IMG/VR virus record: IMGVR_UViG_3300012919_001792 | Span: 1-54,678 of that record | Origin: a virus | Lineage: Duplodnaviria > Caudoviricetes | Length of the DNA stretch: 54,678 nucleotides | Strand: one strand, 5' to 3' | In this document: in pieces, positions 48,789 through 54,678 of the stretch | How positions within the stretch are numbered: position 1 is the stretch's first letter | How the letters are laid out: each line of letters opens with the position of its first letter | Made by a program: the position numbers and the translations under genes | The notes under the pieces: generated by a model | Database searches by the model: none | Seen by the model: the letters and a program-made list of their open reading frames with translations, nothing else | What the model was told of the DNA's origin: nothing

Positions 48789-48892
48789 TATTAGAGTATT
48801 TGCCTATTGTAGGCAAAAGATTGAAAAAACGTAGACGTAGACGTGAATTGCTGGAAAAAATAAAACAGCAGGATCCATACATCTACGAATAG
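48767..48892 (+). CDS. Small basic peptide 3 (about 41 aa), C-terminus DPYIYE; not in the ORF track
   Basis: TTG start with GGAG 7 nt upstream gives MLARIVQLLEYLPIVGKRLKKRRRRRELLEKIKQQDPYIYE; overlaps the carbamoyltransferase stop; exact start uncertain. Confidence 0.65.
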   Translation: MLARIVQLLEYLPIVGKRLKKRRRRRELLEKIKQQDPYIYE

Positions 48893-48900
48893 GAGGAATC

Positions 48901-49092
48901 ATGTACGCTATTCAGTACGAACCACGAGTTGAAGATCCAGTGATTATTGCTAGATTTGAAACCAAAGCAGAAGCAGACTTGGCACTAGCTGAAATAATAA
49001 TACGCAAACCCAAAGCTGGAAAACATCACAAAGTAGTGCAGGATTGGACCATTCCTGGCGAAGAAGAGTGGCACAACCCAGCACCATCATAG
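48901..49092 (+). CDS. Hypothetical protein (63 aa)
   Basis: AGGAGG SD; fits the operon. Confidence 0.65.
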   Translation: MYAIQYEPRVEDPVIIARFETKAEADLALAEIIIRKPKAGKHHKVVQDWTIPGEEEWHNPAPS

Positions 49093-49102
49093 AGGAGACA
49101 GT

Positions 49103-49399
49103 ATGTCACAGTTTGATTGGAAAAGACCAACTGTTGCAATGTTAGGAACATTTCAACCTTGGCAAGAAGAAAACACAGACGAATTCAAAACAATACACAA
49201 AAGAACAAACCAGGTAGTTATACTGGTGCAAGAGTCACGCAGTCAAGTGGACTTTATGCACGTAAGAGATCAAATTCAAGACGAGCTAGGAGAATTGGGA
49301 TTCAATCATGAAGAAGATTATATAGTACAACCAGTTCCATATATCACTGATTTCTACAACACAGGCAGTAAAGAATATCGTGTTACCACGCCCGAGTAG
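49103..49399 (+). CDS. Degenerate cytidyltransferase-like domain protein
   Basis: FDWKRPTVAMLGTFQPW resembles the G(R)xQPxHxGH start of HIGH-fold proteins but lacks the histidines; GAGGAG SD. Confidence 0.5.
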   Translation: MSQFDWKRPTVAMLGTFQPWQEENTDEFKTIHKRTNQVVILVQESRSQVDFMHVRDQIQDELGELGFNHEEDYIVQPVPYITDFYNTGSKEYRVTTPE

Positions 49400-50150
49400 G
49401 ATCAAATATTAATTGATCTTTTTGCCAACTCCATGGACCAAATCTTAGATTGTCCACGTCAGCTTCAGCATAGAACCTATCCAAAGTATCACCAAGTGCT
49501 AGTCTAAATTCTAGTGCTTTGATTTCAAGATGTCTTGTATTATGTGGCACACAGTCTCCGTTGAGATATTTTAAAAGATTCTTTTTAAACATTCGCATAA
49601 AACCAGCATCTTTTTCATCTACATTGTAGTCTACATTGTAGAATTGACTAGCGTTCCAATTTTTATAATATTCTTTTAATTGAAGTTTATTTTCAATTCT
49701 TTTTATATTGTAGGGTGGTAGGTTACGCAACGGGTTTGGCATCCAGCGTTGTTGTTCTATCTGCATGTGTATTCGATCTTCTATGTAGCCTTGTTCTATC
49801 AAAGCACTGATGTACAGCATTCTATCTGAGCCTGGATGAGCAACCAGCGTGTTGTAGTTTACCCACTGCATCTGTTGTGGTGCTAGTACGCCGTTACGAT
49901 AGATATCACTGCCTACCACACAGGCCTTGTGCATGGTATACAAACCAGCTATTTCATTAAGATCCTGCCACGGCGTGGCCATGTATTCTACTATGTTTTC
50001 ATAGCGAGTGTCAAGTGGATAAAATTTTCTATCCAGTGTTATTTTTCTATATTCTTCTAGTGTGACTTCTGCCATATAGATTCTATTACCACTGCTGGCA
50101 AAGTAATCATCAACAACGCTGTCATCTTTGTTTTTAGAAAAATCTACCAT
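49383..50150 (-). CDS. Hypothetical protein with HPGSDR motif (possibly ParB/Srx-like fold)
   Basis: DIYRNGVLAPQQM...LVAHPGSDR; CVPHNT; paralogue of 50781-51704. Confidence 0.6.
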   Translation of the reverse strand: MVDFSKNKDDSVVDDYFASSGNRIYMAEVTLEEYRKITLDRKFYPLDTRYENIVEYMATPWQDLNEIAGLYTMHKACVVGSDIYRNGVLAPQQMQWVNYNTLVAHPGSDRMLYISALIEQGYIEDRIHMQIEQQRWMPNPLRNLPPYNIKRIENKLQLKEYYKNWNASQFYNVDYNVDEKDAGFMRMFKKNLLKYLNGDCVPHNTRHLEIKALEFRLALGDTLDRFYAEADVDNLRFGPWSWQKDQLIFDPTRAW

Positions 50151-50857
50151 TTATCAATACCAAGTATTGCTCGCATGCGATAATACTGTAGATCCTGTGT
50201 TGTTTGTATATCACACCACGGTCCACCATTGGTGAAGTGTAAAGCACCTGCAGATTCTGTGTAATCATATTCATCAACCAGCCAGTTCCAGCGTAGATCC
50301 AAACCTCCTATCTCTTCGTCTTGTAAATGTAAAAATCTATGCAACTGTTTAGGCTCAGCACTGTTACAGTATTCAGGTGTTAGCACTCGATTACTAGGAT
50401 GAGCACAGTTCCACATAATTAAACTGCTCCAGTTCTTACGTGGAAAGTTTTCCTGTACGTGTCCAAATGCTTTGGTTTTAATTTTGCTTTCGTAGTTGTG
50501 TTTGCACACCATTACAGCATAACGATCATCACGTTGTTCCCACAGCTTGGTTACATCATCTTGCCACAAAAAATCACCATCACAGAATATAGCCCAGCCA
50601 CTCCAAAAACTACAGTATGGAATATAAAATCTACTGTAGACAAACGTGGTGCTTTCATTGTCTTTGCTGGGTCTGTCATAGGCAGGAATAGTCTTTGCAG
50701 TGTTGGGTTTGATAACTGCGTCTTTGCAGTAGTGTTGAATACTGCCAGTGCATAAATCATACATTTCTCTGTGTCTGCTGTCAAAACCAACGTGAACTAT
50801 AGGGTGTTGTGCAGTCGATTGGGCTTGTTGGATTGTATATTGTGTTAAAATTCCCAT
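50144..50857 (-). CDS. Glycosyltransferase (GT8-like nucleotide-diphospho-sugar transferase)
   Basis: VGFDSR, STTFVYSRF, GWAIFCDGDFL, PRKNWSSLIMWNCAHP, WNWLVDEY, HFTNGGPW. Confidence 0.85.
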   Translation of the reverse strand: MGILTQYTIQQAQSTAQHPIVHVGFDSRHREMYDLCTGSIQHYCKDAVIKPNTAKTIPAYDRPSKDNESTTFVYSRFYIPYCSFWSGWAIFCDGDFLWQDDVTKLWEQRDDRYAVMVCKHNYESKIKTKAFGHVQENFPRKNWSSLIMWNCAHPSNRVLTPEYCNSAEPKQLHRFLHLQDEEIGGLDLRWNWLVDEYDYTESAGALHFTNGGPWCDIQTTQDLQYYRMRAILGIDKW

Positions 50858-51704
50858 TATCGGGTCTCCATATTCCGTTTTGTTTTATCATGCGTTTTGG
50901 TCCTATCCACAGTGTGTGATCATCTTGTTGTTGTATGTCCCACAGCATGTCAATGTCTTCCCACATACCTTCTCTGTGTATAGCATCATAGTAGCTGAGG
51001 TGCCAAAAAGCCATTTTGAATCTATAGTCATTCCAGGTATCCATTTTTTTATGATATTTTTTAATTCCTGTGTACACCGGAGTGTTGTGTGGCGAACAGC
51101 CATCACGCCACATTTCAATCCATTCGTACACTGTATTAAAGGTTGGGTGTTCAAAATTAACAAAACAATTTTCTATTTTTTCAGCAGTGTCGCAGACCTC
51201 GTAGTCCCAGTTTTCGTAAAACTTGTAGGGCACTGTTGAATAGTCTATATAAACATACGGCACATCAATGGGGTCTGTCAAGAACATTATGCTGTAACGT
51301 TTGTCACTGCCAGGATGACAGTTGATCATTGGATAACCAAAGCTCAGCAACTGTACAGGTGCGTGTATGGTTTGCTTGTCGTTGATGTCTTGAGCTAGCC
51401 AATATATCTTAAATAGTCTAAACACAGCTCGAAGATCATCATCTTTGGTGTCTGCATTTACACGTAAGGGACCTAGGTCAGCGAATTTTTCTTTTTTGTA
51501 GCGATCTACTCGTAGAAAATCATCAATTATTCTACTGAAGTCTTTGAGGCTGTTTAAGCCAATAGTAAGCACGTCATAGAAGGCTTGACTATCCAGTGTT
51601 CCTCGTATATAATAAGCATTGTGTGTACTGTTACACCAGTCAACAAAGTGTTGAATATATGTGCGTTTTGTAGTCACGTTGGTGCTTTGCTGAAAACTAC
51701 GCAT
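50781..51704 (-). CDS. Hypothetical protein with HPGSDK motif (possibly ParB/Srx-like fold)
   Basis: LAQDINDKQTIHAPVQLL...NCHPGSDKR; CSPHNT. Confidence 0.6.
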   Translation of the reverse strand: MRSFQQSTNVTTKRTYIQHFVDWCNSTHNAYYIRGTLDSQAFYDVLTIGLNSLKDFSRIIDDFLRVDRYKKEKFADLGPLRVNADTKDDDLRAVFRLFKIYWLAQDINDKQTIHAPVQLLSFGYPMINCHPGSDKRYSIMFLTDPIDVPYVYIDYSTVPYKFYENWDYEVCDTAEKIENCFVNFEHPTFNTVYEWIEMWRDGCSPHNTPVYTGIKKYHKKMDTWNDYRFKMAFWHLSYYDAIHREGMWEDIDMLWDIQQQDDHTLWIGPKRMIKQNGIWRPDNGNFNTIYNPTSPIDCTTPYSSRWF

Positions 51705-51709
51705 ATAAT

Positions 51710-51717
51710 TACTTATA
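51710..51717 (-). promoter_or_regulatory. Putative late promoter TATAAGTA
   Basis: One mismatch to T4 TATAAATA; in the divergent intergenic gap, 5 nt upstream of ATG 51704. Confidence 0.5.
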
Positions 51718-51730
51718 AAGGAAAATATAG

Positions 51731-52435
51731 ATGTTAGATGTCTTTTATATCAGCTACAACGAAGATTTTGCTGATGAAAACTATGAAATGCTACAGGTGT
51801 TTGCACCATTGGCAAAAAGAATACACGGCGTAAAAGGTATATTCAATGCACACAAGCAGGCGGCTGAAAAAAGCAATACCAAGCATTTTTATGTTGTAGA
51901 TGCTGACGCTATCATTGAAGAAGAATTCACCTTCAAGTTTACGCCCAGTTCATATGTAGATGCATATCCAGGAGTTCCTGAAACAGATTGCGTTTTTACC
52001 TGGCGTAGTAGAAATCCAATAAATGATTTAATTTACGGCTATGGTGCAGTAAAACTGTTTCCTAAAAAACCTTTTTTAGAACTAACGGATTGGAGTGTTG
52101 ATATGACCACAAGTATAGGCTGTCCGTTTGTACCTAAATTCCAAATAAGTAATGTTACAGCGTTTAACACGGATCCATTCAACACATGGAAAAGTGCGTT
52201 TAGAGAATGTGTCAAATTAAGCAGTAACATCATTGACAACAACGATAGCTTGGATGACAAATACAGATTGGATGTTTGGTGTACACGCGGTGAAAAAAGA
52301 GAATTTGGTGAGTATGCACTGCTAGGTGCTCAACAAGGTAGAGAATTTGGTAAAGAGTATCGTGAAAACAAAGACGCACTGAAAAAGATCAATGATTTTG
52401 ATTGGCTAGAAAAGAAATTTGAAGAAGCATTATGA
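51731..52435 (+). CDS. Glycosyltransferase-like protein, paralogue of 32372-33355
   Basis: DVFYISYNE, NAHKQAA, YVVDADA, NPINDLIYGYGAVKLF, WKSAFRECVKL, INDFDWL. Confidence 0.7.
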   Translation: MLDVFYISYNEDFADENYEMLQVFAPLAKRIHGVKGIFNAHKQAAEKSNTKHFYVVDADAIIEEEFTFKFTPSSYVDAYPGVPETDCVFTWRSRNPINDLIYGYGAVKLFPKKPFLELTDWSVDMTTSIGCPFVPKFQISNVTAFNTDPFNTWKSAFRECVKLSSNIIDNNDSLDDKYRLDVWCTRGEKREFGEYALLGAQQGREFGKEYRENKDALKKINDFDWLEKKFEEAL

Positions 52436-53403
52436 GTGAAGGTTATAGCAAACCAATACAAGATGAAATAACACAAAAGTATCATTGGGTCAATGGGCTT
52501 GATGAATACTTGATACAGACCAAAAGTCCACATTTGGACAAATTCACTGCATTGAGAAATGCTGTGTTCTATGGCAATCCTTATAAGATAAAAGAGTTAT
52601 TGCTGGATGAAGTTGCACGTGGATTCAACAGTACAACCTATGATGCACAACAAAGTGAAGAATTTGTTAATATTATACTACATGGACACATAGACTGGAC
52701 AAAATGGATAACACACAAAAAATTAATTAATTATTTTGCATCTTGTATTCCTGAAAAACTATTTCAAAATATAAATTTATGGAGTGATAGATACGGCGGA
52801 GATGTGGTAAACATCAATGATCATTTCAGCAGAGGACAAGTAATGAGCAAGATGTGGATGTTGGATGAGCTGGAAAAAATAGTAGAAGATAAAATGATGG
52901 GCAACGTGCTGATGTATGGCGCCTGGTATAATACATTTGCTTATTTTCTTTTTGAACGCTTTCATGTTGAAAAGATCTTTTCGCTTGATGTTGATCCTAG
53001 TTGTTGGGAAATAGCAGACAACTTCAATGCTCAACAGTGCTACAAAGAAGATTGGCGTTTCAAAGCCGCCACAGTAGACGTGAACACACTGAAGTTTGAC
53101 AGTGATAAAAAACTTCGTTTTCCAGTGCAACGACCAAACATGAGTGACACCGCTGTAACATTCAAACCAAACATAGTGATCAACACCAGCTGTGAACACA
53201 TGAGTGATGAATGGTTCTACAATTTACCGGATGGTATGCCTGTTTGTTTGCAAACCAATGACTATTTTGAAAACGAACAACACACCAACTGTGTACACAG
53301 TGTTGATGAAGCAAAAGAAAAATACAAGTTCAGCACCTATGTTTATGCTGGAGAACTAAAAACTTGGAAATACAAAAGGTTCACCATTGTTGGAATCAAA
53401 TAA
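52432..53403 (+). CDS. Putative SAM-dependent methyltransferase
   Basis: GQVMSKMW, LMYGAWY, SLDVDP, VINTSCEHM, LQTNDY, RFTIVG. Confidence 0.6.
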   Translation: MSEGYSKPIQDEITQKYHWVNGLDEYLIQTKSPHLDKFTALRNAVFYGNPYKIKELLLDEVARGFNSTTYDAQQSEEFVNIILHGHIDWTKWITHKKLINYFASCIPEKLFQNINLWSDRYGGDVVNINDHFSRGQVMSKMWMLDELEKIVEDKMMGNVLMYGAWYNTFAYFLFERFHVEKIFSLDVDPSCWEIADNFNAQQCYKEDWRFKAATVDVNTLKFDSDKKLRFPVQRPNMSDTAVTFKPNIVINTSCEHMSDEWFYNLPDGMPVCLQTNDYFENEQHTNCVHSVDEAKEKYKFSTYVYAGELKTWKYKRFTIVGIK

Positions 53404-54025
53404 ACAATACGATTGGTGGTGCAGTTGGCCAGTTGGCAAAGATGAACACCTAGCAGACAAAACTGTAACTGAAGATGGAATTGATTACAGCTACAACAAT
53501 CTAGGCTTTAGAGGCAGTGCATTTCATGGAACTAGTGGTATAGTAGGTGACAGTTATGTATACGGTACAGGTGTAAATTTTCCATTTGCCAATCAACTTG
53601 GATTAGACAACCTTGGTTGGCCTGCGGCCAGCAATGATAGAATTGTGCGACATGGCATACAGTACATTGGCAATTATAAACCAGAACTGCTAATAGTGTG
53701 CTGGACCTATGGCTACAGAAGAGAATGGATTACTCCATCTGGTGCACCATACGATTTCAAACGCAGAAAACCTGGTGGCGGTATTCAAGAGGCTGAGCTG
53801 GCACTAGCAGAACTTGGCAATGACGCATACGATCAATACAGTTACCAAAAAAATCAAATGCTGATACAACTTTACTGTAAAGCCAACAATGTACGCTTGA
53901 TTGAAATCAACAATCATACAATAGAGCTGGTTGGCTATGACCGTGCAGTAGACGGCAAACACCCAAATCAAAGCTGGCACAATGACATGGCTGATCTTGT
54001 CAAGGATCTTATTGATGCTGAATAA
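53387..54025 (+). CDS. SGNH/GDSL-like protein
   Basis: YNNLGFRG, GDSYVYGTG, NLGWPAASNDRI, IVCWTYGYRRE, DGKHP. Confidence 0.75.
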   Translation: MLESNKQYDWWCSWPVGKDEHLADKTVTEDGIDYSYNNLGFRGSAFHGTSGIVGDSYVYGTGVNFPFANQLGLDNLGWPAASNDRIVRHGIQYIGNYKPELLIVCWTYGYRREWITPSGAPYDFKRRKPGGGIQEAELALAELGNDAYDQYSYQKNQMLIQLYCKANNVRLIEINNHTIELVGYDRAVDGKHPNQSWHNDMADLVKDLIDAE

Positions 54026-54293
54026 TGTAACATGGGGACAAAATGCTGGCAAAAAACTGCCTGTTGATGTAGAAGCATTATCAACACGTGAACTTCAGCG
54101 TGAGTGCAGTAGAGCTTTGGCCAGTGGTGCTATTGTTGCCACGTCTGCAAACCTTACTAAGTACAATAAAAGTGCACCTCATAACAGTCACCTATGGTAC
54201 AAGGCTGTTATTGATGATTATGTAAAACAATACGGGGACTTGCCAAGTTGTGCTGGTCCTGGTAAAACTGTAAAACTGATACTGGAGGAATAA
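54015..54293 (+). CDS. Hypothetical protein
   Basis: ORF coupled to both neighbours; start likely ATG 54015. Confidence 0.6.
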   Translation: MLNNVTWGQNAGKKLPVDVEALSTRELQRECSRALASGAIVATSANLTKYNKSAPHNSHLWYKAVIDDYVKQYGDLPSCAGPGKTVKLILEE

Positions 54294-54678
54294 TGAACAG
54301 AAAAATACGTGATGCACTAGAAAAATTCTGCAAAGAAAACATTGGCGTAACTCCTAGTAGGAAAGAATTAGTATCTTTGGTTGATGATCTAGATAGGAAA
54401 GTAATGCACAATTACTTTGGCAATACAGGTAATTGGAAACCTGACAATAAAAATTTTAATGCAAGCGGAGAAGCCTTAGTTGAAAAGGTAAACAGTCTGA
54501 ATCCTAAAAAGGTACTAGATATAGGATGTGGATACAATTTATTAAAGGGTAAGATACAAAATCTATGGGGTATAGATCCGTTTAATAGTAATGCTGACGA
54601 AATGCGTGACTTGATGGACGCTAGAGTGGACGGAGAGTACGATGTAGTGCTTTGTCTAGGTTCATTGAACTTTGGTTG
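54293..54678 (+). CDS. Class I SAM-dependent methyltransferase, truncated by the window end; not in the ORF track
   Basis: Hand translation MNRKIRDALEKF...KKVLDIGCGYNLLKG...GIDP...YDVVLCLGSLNFG; GGAGG SD, TAATG coupling. Confidence 0.85.
   Translation, partial: MNRKIRDALEKFCKENIGVTPSRKELVSLVDDLDRKVMHNYFGNTGNWKPDNKNFNASGEALVEKVNSLNPKKVLDIGCGYNLLKGKIQNLWGIDPFNSNADEMRDLMDARVDGEYDVVLCLGSLNFG

Noticed and set aside
48754-48834. ATG-started ORF MELTFACPY... as the start of peptide 3
   Set aside because: It is in a different frame and stops at TAG 48832-48834; the DPYIYE frame opens only after 48763, so TTG 48767 was chosen.
1584-54411. Numerous 60-140 aa antisense or alternative-frame ORFs in the track (e.g. 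1584-1967, 5985-6377, 17479-17889, 44511-44903, 47049-47483, 52777-53199)
   Set aside because: They lie within or across well-supported genes, have no recognisable motifs and have shadow-frame composition.
1-54678. Stop-codon reassignment, as in some large phages
   Set aside because: The standard code gives near-complete gene tiling, including a 13.9-kb ORF, and TAA, TAG and TGA all serve as coupled stops.

Overview
AT-rich segment of a large T4-like (probably jumbo) myovirus genome. I saw no rRNA, tRNA, CRISPR array or mobile element. Left end (minus strand): gp55-like late sigma factor, gp47 and the start of gp46, preceded by a sigma70 promoter that sits back-to-back with a late promoter. 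2.0-29.2 kb (plus strand): a baseplate/tail operon with a nucleotidyltransferase, tube/gp53-like proteins, a hub protein with tail lysozyme, a gp5-like spike, gp25, gp6, a 4628-aa mosaic virion protein and fibre proteins. 29.2-54.7 kb: a dense modification island with about 5 glycosyltransferase-like genes, 6 radical SAM/SPASM-twitch enzymes, 4 SGNH-like proteins, a NodU/CmcH carbamoyltransferase, a desaturase, a 2OG-Fe(II) oxygenase, an APS-kinase-like protein, methyltransferases and a zf-CHCC protein. The most notable items are not in the ORF track. (i) Three tiny basic ORFs end in [H/Y]-I-Y-[D/E]-stop, and each overlaps an SGNH or carbamoyltransferase gene; they are candidate tyrosine acyl/carbamoyl-shuttle peptides or radical-SAM substrates. 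(ii) GCWGC appears to be avoided throughout the window. (iii) There is a recurrent late-promoter motif with a possible upstream element and apparently leaderless genes. All functional calls come from motif recognition by eye, not from database searches.
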